Below, one piece after another: positions 1 to 12,686 of a stretch of 64,000 bases of DNA. Made by a program: the position numbers and the translations under genes. Source of the stretch: Octopus vulgaris. Taxonomy: Eukaryota. The notes below the pieces were generated by a model. It did no database searches, had not been told where the DNA came from, and saw nothing but the letters and a program-made list of their open reading frames with translations. Position 1 is the stretch's first letter. Each line of letters starts with the position of its first letter. The stretch is taken from assembly GCA_951406725.2 (NCBI GenBank), contig OX597822.1, positions 30,690,001 through 30,754,000 on the forward strand. Reading direction: 5' to 3'.

Positions 1-28
1 ATTATTATTATTATTATTGTTGTTGTTG

Positions 29-87
<59 letters not shown>

Positions 88-91
88 GTTG

Positions 92-152
<61 letters not shown>
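1..152. repeat. (TAT)n/(TGT)n microsatellite
   Basis: Direct trinucleotide repeat. Confidence 0.95.
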
Positions 153-153
<1 letters not shown>

Positions 154-369
154 GCCTTTTATTCATTTTACACTGTTTATTGTGTAATATACAATTCAGG
201 CATTATATTTATATTCTTGTACGAAATAAGTAAATACTGTAGTGCTGTGTATATTGTGCTACATGAAGGAAACACAGAAAGTTTTGTATAATGCACTGCT
301 TTCTATGGAATTTTTATGACAGGCGTTGTTCAAATTACTTTGAACGTTGGATATAAATTAAGTATTTTG

Positions 370-500
370 ATATACATAAGATGAGTTCAAATCCTACTAA
401 GATGAACTTTGCCTTACATACATTCAACGTCGATAAAATATAGTACCAAACTCGATGGTTGGTATCGATTTAACCCCTCTCCTCAAAATTGTTAATCTCA
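370..500 (+). mobile_element. Degenerate SINE family A copy
   Basis: gagttcaaatcc...actttgcctt...gtcgataaa...gtacc motifs shared with better copies at 8645 and 34178. Confidence 0.55.
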
Positions 501-532
501 CGCCTGAATTAGAAGCCATTATATAGTTAACG

Positions 533-836
533 TGGAGGCGCAATGGCCCAGTGGTTAGAGCAGCGGACTGGCGGTTGTAGCATCGCGGTTTCGATTCCCA
601 GACCGGGCGTTGTGAGTGTTTATTGAGCGAAAACACCTAAAGCTCCACAAGGCTCCAGCAGGGGGGAGGGGAGAGTGGCGATCCCCACAACTTTCTCTTA
701 CTCTTTCTTCTGTTGGCTTGCTCGCTTAGCCAGCGGGATGGCGTGATTTGAAGGCTAAAACAATGCGAAGCGCATTGTGAGCGGCGATGTGTAGCAACAT
801 CTGATAGCCTGGTCGGTCACGGTGATCACGGTGATA
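533..836 (+). mobile_element. tRNA(Arg)-like headed SINE (family R), full length
   Basis: A box TGGCCCAGTGG, B-box-like GGTTTCGATTCC, tail (CACGGTGAT)2; imperfect TSD atatagttaac/atatatttaac. Confidence 0.85.
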
Positions 837-877
837 TATTTAACACGGAAGAATAAAAATATCTATCCTTTGGAACC

Positions 878-1183
878 ATGGAGGTACATGGCCTAGTGGT
901 TAGAGCAGCGGGCTCGCGGTCGAGGGATCGCGGGTTCGAATCTCAGACCGAGTTGATGTGTGTGTTTATGAGCGAAACACCTAAGTTCCACGCGGCTCCG
1001 GCAGAAGGTAATGGCGAACTTCGGCTGACTCTTTTGCCACAACTTTCTCTTACTCTTTCCTCCTGCATCTTGCAGCTCACCTGCGACGAATCCGGCGTCC
1101 CGTCCAGGTGGGGAACCTTTACGCCAAGGAAACCGGGAAAACGGCCCTAATGAGCCAGGTATGGCTCGAGAAGGAACAAACAA
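878..1183 (+). mobile_element. SINE with family R-like head and alternative 3' tail
   Basis: A box TGGCCTAGTGG, B box GGTTCGAATCT; matches 533-836 up to caactttctcttactctttc, then a different tail (ctgcgacg...cgtcccgtccagg). Confidence 0.8.
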
Positions 1184-1583
1184 TGCTGTGGAACGAAATC
1201 CACAGCTCAGTTTCAATCTATTGCAAATTTCATACGATATCAATGCGCTAGGGAAGGTATGAAGACAGTAACATTCTGTTTTAAAACCCTTTGACATATT
1301 TTAAGATTTCGTAGGAACATAATATACTGGTGAAATTATATATTGATTTGTAAGTGATTACGTTTTCAGTTTATTAGTAGAGTAATTTCGCAATTTATAT
1401 AAAAGAAGAAACCTGTAAACAGAACATGTTTATCTAACAGCGACAGGTTGGTATTTTATACTTATTAGGTCTCATTTAACTTTAAAGTAGTCAAATCGTA
1501 CATTCTCACTGTAAGTATCGAAAATCATTCTTAAAATGAGGTTGTGCGACAAATACATAAACGTAGTTCCTTTTCTTATATGT

Positions 1584-1897
1584 TATCACCGTGACCACCG
1601 TGACCGACCAGACTATCAGATGTTGCTACACATCGCTGGTCACAATGAGCTTCGCATTGTTTTAGCCTTCAAATGACGCCACCCTGTTGGCTAAGCGAGC
1701 AAGCCAACAAAAGAAAGAGTGAGAGAAAGTTGTGGTGAAAGAGTACAGCACGGATCGCCACTAACCCCTACCGGAGCCTCACGGAACTTTAGGTTTTTTT
1801 CGCTCAATAAACATTCACAACGTCCGGTCTGGGAATCGAAACCACGATCCTACGACCGCGAGTCTGCTGCTCTAACCACTGGGCCATTGCGCCTCTA
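1584..1897 (-). mobile_element. SINE family R, full length
   Basis: Reverse complement of 533-836 over its length. Confidence 0.85.
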
Positions 1898-1946
1898 CAT
1901 TACCTGTTATGGAATCATTATATGTTTAGGAATCATTTATAATATA

Positions 1947-2160
1947 TTGGTTTCAAATTTTGGCACAAGACCAGTAATTTGGGATTACTAAGTCGAATAT
2001 ATTGACACCCAGTGCTCAACTGCTACTTATTTTATAGACAGCGAAAGGATGAAAGGCAAAGTCGATCCTGGCTGCATTCGAACTCAAAACGTAAAGATGG
2101 ACGGAATGTCTAAGAATTTTGTCCGGCGCGCTGATGAGTCTACCAGCTAGCAGCCTTACT
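1947..2160 (-). mobile_element. SINE family A (old tail type)
   Basis: gaaaggatgaaaggcaaagtcga...gaactcaaaacgt core. Confidence 0.75.
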
Positions 2161-2644
2161 CGCAGAAAGCCTAGCGACGTATGATTGTGTTTCTTTACGT
2201 TTGATTCCCAGCGAGATGAACACTGCATTTTCTCTCTGGAATTAAAGAAATAAATTATCATTCAAATAATTATGCTCTACCTCAATATATTTGCTACTGT
2301 ACTTCAGTTAGAATCCTATAATAACTACATGGAGGAGATGAATTGTTACACTCAGAGAAATCGTTATATTTTATCATGGTTGAATGGGTTTCGGGAGAGA
2401 AATTTGGCTGTAAATTCTACGAGGACTCCTACGCAGGCTTATCTAGTTGGCTTGCGAACAAAGGACAATTTAATGTAAGTGTGATTAGCACAAAATCAAT
2501 TAGTTGTAGTAATGTAAAACATGAAACAGTCATATAGATTAGATGTAACAGGTGGAATAAAATGTCGATATCAATTCGACTATAATATTCAAAGAGCTGT
2601 CGTCTCTATTCATATAACAAAAATCCAGAATATTTAATAAAAGA

Positions 2645-3292
2645 CATGGCTGTGCGGTAAAAAAACATGCTTCCTAACCACGTGGTTCCAGGTTGAGTCC
2701 CACTTGCGTAGCACCTTGGGCAAGTGCACTTTACTATAACAGCGGGCCGAACAAAGCCTTGTGGGTGGATTTCGTAGATGGAACCTGAAAGAAGCCTGTC
2801 GTGTAAAGCAAAGTAGTCAGAAAATCTCAATAAGAGATGAAAATAGTAATTAAAGTTAATCGCCACATCAATATGGTTGTTCGACGTTACTATGCTTTTA
2901 GCACTAGGCATCTTCCGCCAGCTGGTTATAGGTGCAGTCTGCACCCTGTATATATTGTAAGCAGGGGAGTGAAACCCTACCATCCTCCAGCTGAGACGGG
3001 GTCGCGAGAACGACACGGTTTCGGACTACTTCTGCCTATCCTCAGGGGCGAACACACGACTGCTAGAGAGAGGGTAAGTCTGCTCCAGCACGCATTATAC
3101 AGAAAGCAAAGCGACCATCGGTCACTAATTTGCAATCCGGTCGTCTGCTCGAGGATGGTAAAAGATTCGATTCCCTGCTTGCCACATATACAGGGTGCAT
3201 GCTACACCTATAACCAGCCGGTGGAAGATCTGCCCGGGATTAAAATGGTAGTAAAATCGAGCAGACATACTGATCTGGCGATTAACTTTACT

Positions 3293-3325
<33 letters not shown>

Positions 3326-3570
3326 CCGTGTATGTGTGCATGTATGTGTGTATGTATGTGTGCGTGTGTGTGTTTGTCCCCCACCACCGCTTGACAACCA
3401 GTGTCTGTGTGTTTACATCACCGTAGACTAGCAGTTCGGTAAAAGAGACTGATAGAATAAGTACCAGGTTTAACAAGAAAAGGCAAAAAAATGACTGGGC
3501 TCGATTCATTCTTCAAGGCTCCAGCATGGCCACAGTCTGATGACTGAAACAAATAAAAGATAAAAGATAC
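2645..3570 (+). mobile_element. SINE family C (CORE-like), split by an insertion at about 2805-3290
   Basis: 5' half 2645-2802 (ccttgggcaagt) and 3' half 3295-3570 match the full copy at 8885-9275. Confidence 0.8.
2805..3292 (-). mobile_element. Fold-back Penelope-like non-autonomous element with hammerhead-like motif
   Basis: Diverged inverted arms 2851-2990 / 3147-3290; minus strand CTGAGGA..GAAACCGTGTC at 3012-3045. Confidence 0.6.
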
Positions 3571-3969
3571 AAATAAACATATACAAGGTAATTTCCAGAA
3601 ATTCTGGGACATTTATTAACTTTATAGTAATACAAACCTCTAAACTCCTTCAAAATAGACTCTTTTGTCTTGAATGCAAATATGGAAGCGCTCCTGTCAC
3701 ATTGTGGAGGGCCCATGGAATTCTTCCCAAGTGATGAATTCCAGGACCCTCGACACAGGCTCCTTTATCTTCTTCAGCTTGGTGAACAACAAGAGGGAAC
3801 AAGGTTTGAACTGTAGAGAGAGTAAAGGGCAGTTCTTATGTCCATTTCTATTAAGTACTTTGTTACCAGGAACTCTAGACTGGTGCATTGCCCTGGTACA
3901 GGCGTTTTGCTATGAAATCTATCCCTATAATAGCTGAATTTTTTCATTTGATCTGACTGGGAAGGCTTT

Positions 3970-4570
<601 letters not shown>

Positions 4571-5063
4571 CTATGTGTGTCTCTTTATATTTATCCCGCA
4601 CAAAGCGTAACATGGATATGAATTCGTATATATCAGTATTTTTATTGAATCTGTCTGAAGTTTTCTACTTTCCCTACACCCTCCAATTCCCTATCTCTCC
4701 CTTCTGTTACACACCTCCTTCTCTTCCTATTTTTTCTCCTCTTGTCTCTCTCTCTCTCTTTCTCTCATGCGCCCATACTCTCACACAAACACACACATAT
4801 ACAAAGCAAACGTTTAAACAAACACACACACACATATACACTTACAAATATCCTCATACATCCGTACATATATACTTAATAACGGAAATTTATATTCGAG
4901 TGATGAATTTCCCTTAACGCCGGATGATGTGGGATCGACAAGATTTATATAAGTTTGTGGCTGATTAATATATTTAGTGTATGTGTTAATATTAAAGCTG
5001 CCCGCATTCAGCTTGGCTTCGTTCAACACGAGATAGCTTAGGCGAGAGACAGCGACTAGGAAA

Positions 5064-6980
5064 ATGCTGGTGTTCACGTACTTTCTAGTAGCACTTTTCA
5101 CTTTGATTTTAGCCAAAGATAAATGTGGTCATCACGAATGTGCCGACCAAGCATTGAACCAAAGCTATCACTTTTACCTACAGGGTTGTTTCTGCGATAC
5201 TCGCTGTGAGGTTTATGGCGACTGCTGTATTAATTACAACTCAACTGACATATCAAGCAGCGATAAATATGGTGAATCTAAATGTGTCGACATCGAAAGG
5301 GATCATTCGTTGATGATGGTAACGTCTTGTAGTAAAGAGTACTCGCATGAGTCTGAAATAAGTGAAAACTGCTATATGGACACTGGCCATCCAGCTTGGG
5401 GCATTCCCGTAACAAGTATTGAATCCAAGATTGTCTACAAAAATATGTTTTGTGCTCTTTGTAACGGTGAAAATAATTATACGTTTTGGAACATACGCAT
5501 AGAATGCCCAAATGAAATTGACTTGAGCAATCTCAATAAAACTTTTTATGGAGATATGGAAGGATGCCGTAGAAAAATGGATAACTTAGACTCTTCTTAC
5601 GAACATAAATGTAGCGACAGTATAATCTCCAGCTGTCCACAAGGAACAAATGAAGAGACTGTGGAAAATTGTCGTAATGGTTACTACGGGGTTGTTTACG
5701 ATCTTAACGGTACAATGTATAAAAATATTTTTTGTTTCAATTGCAATATAAATAAGTCGGAAGAAATACTTTGTCACTATGCCAACGAAACTCCGTCATA
5801 CGGAATGGAAGCAAGATTATCGTTTGCAGTCCTGCTTAATTTCAATCGAGATGTTGCTGTAAGCGACGCAGATCACCTAGTACGGATGACTCCTTGTAAA
5901 GAAGGATACATATACACTAACGGTGAGTGTCGAAAGAAACTGCAAGTGGATAAAAGCGGTCCGAAGTGTACGCAGGTAAAACTTAACAACCATGAATTTG
6001 TATTCTTAGCAAATGGAACACTTTACCATAATTCAACAAAGACATTTCACGGGAAAGAATATTATTCTATAAATGACACAAGCCGTATGGATGTGTATAT
6101 ATGCCGGGATCGGATTTTAAACAAAGATATTCAAGTAATATATTTAGAACCTTCTAAAACTGAAATCCAACTCACATATGTGTGTTCTATCATTTCAATG
6201 ATTGCTTTAGCCATTCTTATTGTTAAATTTTTGTATTTTCGTAATATCCGCACACTGTCTGGTTTCATATATGTTTCATTTGCCATCACTTTGTTTATGG
6301 CGCAACTTTTCTTCGTCCTAACACCTCATTTTTCCAAGCTGGGTACTTCATCCTGTCGTGCTGTGGCAGTGGCTATGCACTACGCGTTTCTGTCATCATT
6401 CTTCTGGTTAAATTCCATCACAATCAACATATGGCTATCTATTTGCTGGACGCCATGTCAATCAAAAAAATATTCAGAAAAACGCTCTTTTGTCACCTAT
6501 TCGGCCTTTTCATGGCTTGCACCCATTCTCTTGATTCTACCTGCAATTCTACTCGATAAGTACCAACCAAATTCTATTTTCGCACCGAGTTATGGGTTAT
6601 ACGAATTCTGCTGGATAAACAAAGGGTGGAGTATTATGCTTTTCTTCGCGGGTCCGCTTGCTTTGATTATTCTCATAAATATCATACTTTACATACATAC
6701 AGCTATCACAATCTACAAACTTCGTAAATTTGCTCAGCAACATTCAGACAGAAACGATATTGTAGCAGTATTTATCAATATGAAACTTTGTCTATTGACT
6801 GGTATTACGTGGAGTATTGGATACGTTGCAATCGTAACATATTCATACCACTTACGAATTGCCTTTATCTTTTTAAATTCGTCTTTCGGACTTTGGGTTG
6901 CAATATCTTTCTTGTTTAGTCGAAACATCTTCACCAAAATGAAACAGAAAATAAGAACATTGACTGAAACCGGAGAATAA
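5064..6980 (+). CDS. Intronless 638-aa class B-like (Methuselah-like/adhesion-related) GPCR with somatomedin-B domain
   Basis: Signal peptide MLVFTYFLVALFTLILA; SMB motif CFCDTRCEVYGDCCINY; two YKNxFCxxCN repeats; many N-glycosylation sequons; seven hydrophobic helices with class-B hallmarks (TM3 C..VAVAMHYAFLSSFFW, TM4 W..P, ECL2 YG...CWI, TM5 FxGP...IN, TM6 GITW, TM7 LNSSFG); no GPS motif. Confidence 0.93.
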   Translation: MLVFTYFLVALFTLILAKDKCGHHECADQALNQSYHFYLQGCFCDTRCEVYGDCCINYNSTDISSSDKYGESKCVDIERDHSLMMVTSCSKEYSHESEISENCYMDTGHPAWGIPVTSIESKIVYKNMFCALCNGENNYTFWNIRIECPNEIDLSNLNKTFYGDMEGCRRKMDNLDSSYEHKCSDSIISSCPQGTNEETVENCRNGYYGVVYDLNGTMYKNIFCFNCNINKSEEILCHYANETPSYGMEARLSFAVLLNFNRDVAVSDADHLVRMTPCKEGYIYTNGECRKKLQVDKSGPKCTQVKLNNHEFVFLANGTLYHNSTKTFHGKEYYSINDTSRMDVYICRDRILNKDIQVIYLEPSKTEIQLTYVCSIISMIALAILIVKFLYFRNIRTLSGFIYVSFAITLFMAQLFFVLTPHFSKLGTSSCRAVAVAMHYAFLSSFFWLNSITINIWLSICWTPCQSKKYSEKRSFVTYSAFSWLAPILLILPAILLDKYQPNSIFAPSYGLYEFCWINKGWSIMLFFAGPLALIILINIILYIHTAITIYKLRKFAQQHSDRNDIVAVFINMKLCLLTGITWSIGYVAIVTYSYHLRIAFIFLNSSFGLWVAISFLFSRNIFTKMKQKIRTLTETGE

Positions 6981-7081
6981 ACCGATTCTTATAAACTCCT
7001 CATCTGTAAATACATCATTTCAGCTGATTGTATATTAAACTGTAAATATTTCTCCTCGCATAAAAATGTCAAGATATTTCC

Positions 7082-7102
7082 ATTATTATTATTATTATTA
7101 TT

Positions 7103-7141
<39 letters not shown>

Positions 7142-7232
7142 GCTGTTGATGTTGTTGTCGTCGTTGTTATTATTATCGTCGTCGTCATCATCATCATCAT
7201 CATCATCGTCGTCGTCGTCGTCGTCGTCGTCG

Positions 7233-7278
<46 letters not shown>

Positions 7279-7298
7279 GTTCATCATCCTTATTACTC

Positions 7299-7333
<35 letters not shown>
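7082..7333. repeat. Compound trinucleotide microsatellite (TAT/TGT/TCG/TCA)n
   Basis: Direct repeats. Confidence 0.95.
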
Positions 7334-7833
7334 GAGTGAGAGAGCAGTGCATGTCATCAAAGTGATACTGGAGTAAAATATACGAAGCCCAGTATAGCCA
7401 TCATGACTACCCGTCTGATAAGGGTACACCAGGCACATGCATCACAACCATACGTGCGCGACATGGTAATCTCATATCAAGATAAATAGCATATGACCTT
7501 GCAGGTGGGGCTCAGTTAGAATTTTCTTCTGGTCGAGTAGCCTATCCCACTCAAAAGGTCCCTGAATAAGGATTGTTTAAGGATGTTGAATGAAACACCC
7601 ATGTTTCCAAGGATGAATTATCCAAACCTCTAAGAATTCCTTTCAACACACGGCTATGATGCTCCCCCCACCACTACTTCTGTTCGTGATCAGAGATGCA
7701 CATATCGTCAGCCACTATAGGGACATGGTCAACTGGTTAAGGTCAAGCAACTGACAAGCAAATCTGTGGTACTGAGCAGAATATTTGCTGTACCAAGACA
7801 AAACAATGTATATGATAATACTTCGAATCAGAT
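7333..7833 (-). mobile_element. 3' end of Dong/R4-type non-LTR retrotransposon (5'-truncated)
   Basis: Matches the 3' UTR at 19420-19951; ends ...GCACTGCTCTCTCACTCA followed by (ATA)n. Confidence 0.8.
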
Positions 7834-7837
7834 AATA

Positions 7838-7903
<66 letters not shown>

Positions 7904-7941
7904 TATTATTATTATAATTATTATTATTATTATTATTATTA

Positions 7942-7993
<52 letters not shown>

Positions 7994-7994
<1 letters not shown>

Positions 7995-8548
7995 GAGTGA
8001 GAGAGCAGTTCATGCCATCAAAGTGACACTGGGGTCAAATATACGAAGCCCAATATACCCATCATGACTACCCGTCTGATAAAGGTACACCAGGCACATG
8101 CATCACAACCATATGAGCGCGACATGGTGATCTCATATCAAGATAAACAGCACATGACCTTGCAGGTGGGGCCCAGTTAGAATTTTCTTCAGGTTGAGTA
8201 GCCCATCCCGCTCAAAAGGTCCCTGAATAAGGGTTGTTTAAGGATGTTGAAAGAACCACCCATGTTTCCAGAGGTGAATTATTCAAACCCCAAAGAATCC
8301 CTCTCAACACATGGCTATGATGCTCCCCACTACTTCTGCTCGTGATCAGAGATGCACATATCGTCAGCCACTAAGGGACATGCTCAACTGGTTAAGGTCA
8401 AACAACTGACAAGCAAATCTGTGGTATTGAGCAGAATATTTGCTGTAGCCCATCTTTTATACCAAGACAAAACATGTACATGATAACACTTCCAATCAGT
8501 TAAGATCAGAAGCCATGAGAGTCACTGCCTGGTACTGCATCAGGGCAT
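7994..8548 (-). mobile_element. 3' end of Dong/R4-type retrotransposon, second copy
   Basis: Highly similar to 7333-7833; (TAT)n on both sides. Confidence 0.8.
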
Positions 8549-8575
8549 TTATTATTATTATTATTATTATTATTA

Positions 8576-8644
<69 letters not shown>

Positions 8645-8645
<1 letters not shown>

Positions 8646-8858
8646 GGCGATAAGCTGGCTGAATCGTTTGCACGGTGGGCAAAATGTTTAGTGCTATTTC
8701 GTCCGTCTTTACGTTCTGAGTTCAAAGTCCGCCGAGGTGGACTTTGCATTTCAACCTTTTTGGGGGTCGATCAATTAAGCACCAGTTGAGTACTGGGGCC
8801 GATGTAATCGACTAGCCCTCTCTCCCAATTTTCAGGTCATGTAGTTGTAGTAGAAAGG
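8645..8858 (+). mobile_element. SINE family A (old tail type)
   Basis: tRNA-like head, GAGTTCAAAGTCC B box, ctttgcatttca..ggggtcgat core. Confidence 0.8.
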
Positions 8859-8884
8859 AATATTTTTAACGCAAAGTAGAGAGC

Positions 8885-9275
8885 AGGCGTAGGAGTGGCT
8901 GTGTAGTAAGTAACTTGCTTACCAACCACAAGGTTCTGGGTTCAGTCCCGCAGCGTGTCACCTTGGGCAAGTGTCTTCTACTATAGCCTCGGGCCGACCA
9001 GAGCTTTGTGAGTGGATTTGGTAGACGGAAGCTGAAGGAAGCCCGTCGTATATATATGTTTGTTTGTCTGTGTTTGTCCCCATAACATCGCTTGACAACC
9101 GATGCTGGTGTGTTTACGTCCCCGTAGCTTAGCAGTTCGGCAAAAGAGACCGATAAAATAAGTACAAGGCTTACAATGAATAAGTCCTGGACTCGATTTG
9201 CTCGACTAAAAGGCGGTGCTCCAGCATGGCCACAGTCAAATGACTGAAACAAATAAAATAGTAAAAGAGTAAAGA
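8885..9275 (+). mobile_element. SINE family C (CORE-like), full length
   Basis: A box TGGCTGTGTAG, B box GGTTCAGTCCC, CCTTGGGCAAGT, central microsatellite, tail (GTAAAAGA)n. Confidence 0.88.
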
Positions 9276-9824
9276 GTAGATGTAAGGATACTGTACGTTC
9301 AAATAACAAAGGCTAAACGGCGATTGAAGGGAGGTTATTATATCAGTTTTATTTCTATTATCGCCCTTGTGTTGTATACGAATTTATATTTTTAGGAGCG
9401 CACACAACATCCTTAAACACTTAGAGAATTCAAAGAAAAGTTGTTGGGGGTACGCAAATCAAATGGTACTTGGGGTGATCAAGATCGAAACTAACTCAAA
9501 AGAAGAAGAAAAGACAAAGAATAAGGAGAAGAAGAAGACGAGAAAGTGAAAGAAGGTGAAAGACGAAGCAAAAAGAAGGGACTATGCCGAGTAAATTCAC
9601 ACACAACAACATTTATTTTTAGTATATACCTTAAGTAATTAAGAATTTTTTTTTTGTACACAGATGCTCTATATTGGAAAACTCACTTTACTGTCACTGT
9701 GTTTCGGGTTCAATCCCGGCGCGCGGCACTTTAGACAAGTGTCTTCAACCATGATCCCGGGTTTGACCAAATTCTTGTGCGTGAATTTCGTAATTTCGTA
9801 GAACAGAGGTGTGTGGAAACTCGC

Positions 9825-9856
<32 letters not shown>

Positions 9857-9858
9857 CC

Positions 9859-9921
<63 letters not shown>

Positions 9922-10060
9922 ATATATATATATATATACATACATACATATATACATATATATACATTACATACATACATACATATATATATATATGTGG
10001 GAGGTTTTCTGCATCTAAATTGAAATAAAGCAGGATCTCGTATAAATTAATAAATATAAT

Positions 10061-10124
<64 letters not shown>

Positions 10125-11037
10125 TGTATGTATGTATGTATGTATGTATATATGTGTGTGTGTGCGCGTGCGTGTGCGTGTGCGTGTGCGTGTGTGTGGT
10201 TGTGTGGTTGTGTGTTTATTTTGTAAGATAGAAAAATGTTCGATCAGCCGAAAGTATTCTGAAAATTTGTGTGTAAAAAAAGCAACCAAGAAGAAAGAGA
10301 AATTCACTAAAATGAGTTGGTTGAAATCATTAAACGGTACAGAAAAAAAAAGAAATATAAAAGTAACTAGATCGAATAAAAAGTAACTAGAAAAAAACAG
10401 CTGGCTTGGTACCCGCCTTATTAGACCTTCTCAGCCTAATTTATTCTATTCAGTTGTCATGATAATTCTGCATTCTAACATTTCTGATTCTGCATCTTTC
10501 ATGTATCTGGTTAGTAAATATATTATCAAACTGCAAGTTTCAGATAAACAAATATAAACGATAGAGTGTTATTCCTGTTCTGGCTTATATCAGTGGAACT
10601 GACATGTAAGATAAACATGAAGTTAATATCGAAACTCCTGTGCATGTTTTAACAGATATAAGTATTTCAAAATGTCGAAAACATGAGGTGTTCGACAAAG
10701 AATGCGTTGTAAATGTAAAACGTCTGCAGTTAGTAGACAGGATTGTTGGATAGTTGTAAATATGTAGGCGCTAGCGGGATTAAATGTTTTATTATCATTA
10801 TTTCGCAAACATAAGGTTACTGGTTCAGTTTCTTTTCTGAGTATGTTGAGAAAATGGTTTTCATTCTATAGCTTAGCGTCAAAGAACACGGTGTAAGTGA
10901 AAAAAAAACCTACAAAGAAATGGATGTTAGCTATATAGAAACTTTGGGTGTGGTGCATCTGTAAAGCGAAGAACATTTTACAAATTAATCTCGATTGAAT
11001 CTGGAGATATTAAGCGTACAATTGCATCTGTCTATAG

Positions 11038-11172
11038 TCGCAGTTGTAGCTGTATGGTAAGAAGCTTGCTTCCCAACCACATGGTTCCGGGTTCAGTCCC
11101 ACTATACCCTCAGGCCGACCAAAGCCTTGTGAGTGGATTTCGTAGAAAGAAACTGAAAGAAGTCTGTTGTGT
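11038..11172 (+). mobile_element. SINE family C 5' part, internally deleted
   Basis: Similarity to 8885-9050. Confidence 0.75.
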
Positions 11173-11175
11173 ATG

Positions 11176-11222
<47 letters not shown>

Positions 11223-11225
<3 letters not shown>

Positions 11226-11320
11226 GTGAAATAGAAAGATGAATAATCTTGTAGTAGATTAATCAAAACGATTTCTGTTCAATCTGCGTTCAGCTCCATT
11301 TCTTCAATTCACCAATAATG

Positions 11321-11325
<5 letters not shown>
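11223..11325. mobile_element. Internally deleted relative of the fold-back element at 55646-55963
   Basis: tgtgaaatagaaagatgaataatcttg joined to aaaacgatttctgttcaatct...ccatttcttcaattcac; (TA)n on both sides. Confidence 0.7.
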
Positions 11326-11388
<63 letters not shown>

Positions 11389-11393
<5 letters not shown>

Positions 11394-11552
11394 CTCTATA
11401 TTTAAGAGACGAAGAATCATGTACATCATTTACATTCGACGGATTTTTGTCCTCATCTTGTTTGTTGTTAAGAGAAGGTTTCGGATGATATACCCTCCAG
11501 ACTTCATCAGGTGTCTTGGGGAAATTTCCAACCTGAGTTCTCATTCCTAAGT
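11389..11552 (-). mobile_element. 5'-truncated copy of the hammerhead-tail element seen at 30796-31100
   Basis: Reverse complement matches 30963-31095; CTGATGA..GAAAC core at 11477-11510 with a mutated cleavage strand. Confidence 0.8.
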
Positions 11553-11647
11553 TATGTATGTATGTGTGTGTGCGACTCACTCTCCCCTGTCTGTCTGTCT
11601 GTCTGTCTATCTGTCTGTCTGACTGTCTGTCTGTCTGTCTGTCTGTC

Positions 11648-11712
<65 letters not shown>

Positions 11713-11989
11713 ATATGCTTACATACATACACGTATATATACACACGCATTCATACACACTTCTATATATGTATGTGCATGCATTTTTGTGTATGTACTT
11801 GAGTAAGTATATTTTTTTATATTTTATCCCAAATTTAATAAAGAAATAAGCAGTAGCTTCGCGCACTGCATCCTTTCAATCCCTGAAATCAGACTGGGAG
11901 AACCTTTCCAGGAGCAGGCCTTATTTGTAGCAATTACTCGTCGTAAATCGCATCTCACCAATAAAAGAAAAAAAAAAAAAAATATATAT

Positions 11990-12160
11990 AGTTAATCCAA
12001 ACAAGAAAACACAGAAAAAAAACACAGCAACGCGAGGACGTGGAGCTATTAAAGTATTATTTGACGCTCAGGAAAGAAGGGAAGGAGGGTTTAACGTTTC
12101 GAGCGGTGCTCTTCGTCGGAAACAAAGGAGAAGGAAAGATCCCGAGAAGGGAAGACGATA
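11990..12160 (-). mobile_element. Small Penelope-like derivative (family H2) with hammerhead-like motif
   Basis: Minus strand GTTT-CCGACGA-A-GAGC-ACC-GCTC-GAAAC-GTT-AAAC (12089-12123); relatives at 27478 and 41965. Confidence 0.7.
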
Positions 12161-12230
<70 letters not shown>

Positions 12231-12231
<1 letters not shown>

Positions 12232-12686
12232 CGTAAATCCTCGAGTATAATCCGCATTTTTCCCCCAAAATTTAAAGGTCAGAATCCCTAGTGCGTACTA
12301 TATACGAGGTTACAAATGAAAATTATTTTCTAAGCAATGTTCGAGTCTCTATTTGCTGTCCGGAAATGTTTATTCAGACGCATTTTGTGATGTCGAGCGT
12401 GAAAATACCTTAAGCTAAGCCTGAATGCAATTAAGCCATAAAAGAATCCTCCATAACTTGCAGTAAGCAACATTTATTAAACGTTATTACTGTTATTTCT
12501 TTATTTTCTGCAAACAAAATGCACAAAAAAGCTACACGTTTGCATTATGTTATATATACAATAATAATAAAGGACGTTCCCGTATGCATTTTTACAAACC
12601 AAGGACGTTATATAGACCTTCTTGACTCAAGTTAGAGAAGGGGTGCGTATTATACACAAGGGCGGACTATACTCGAGGATTTACGG
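12231..12686. mobile_element. Tc2/pogo-type MITE
   Basis: TIRs CCGTAAATCCTCGAGTATAATCCGC / GCGGACTATACTCGAGGATTTACGG, TA on both sides. Confidence 0.9.

Noticed and set aside
533-610. tRNA-like sequences at SINE heads (533, 878, 20945, 27995, 30796) as real tRNA genes
   Set aside because: They continue into multi-copy SINE bodies, have imperfect cloverleaves and lack a terminator directly after the acceptor stem
2837-3394. 185-aa ORF
   Set aside because: Runs through a fold-back repeat into a (GT)n tract; no recognisable domain
3590-3965. Short overlapping ORFs upstream of the first GPCR
   Set aside because: No recognisable motifs; probably a decayed repeat that I cannot classify
6100-6170. 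GPS/GAIN autoproteolysis site before TM1 (adhesion GPCR call)
   Set aside because: No C-x-C-x-H-L-T/S motif in either receptor
7333-8548. Tandem ~500-bp duplicate as an LTR pair
   Set aside because: Both are 5'-truncated non-LTR 3' ends of different lengths separated only by microsatellite; no PBS or internal region
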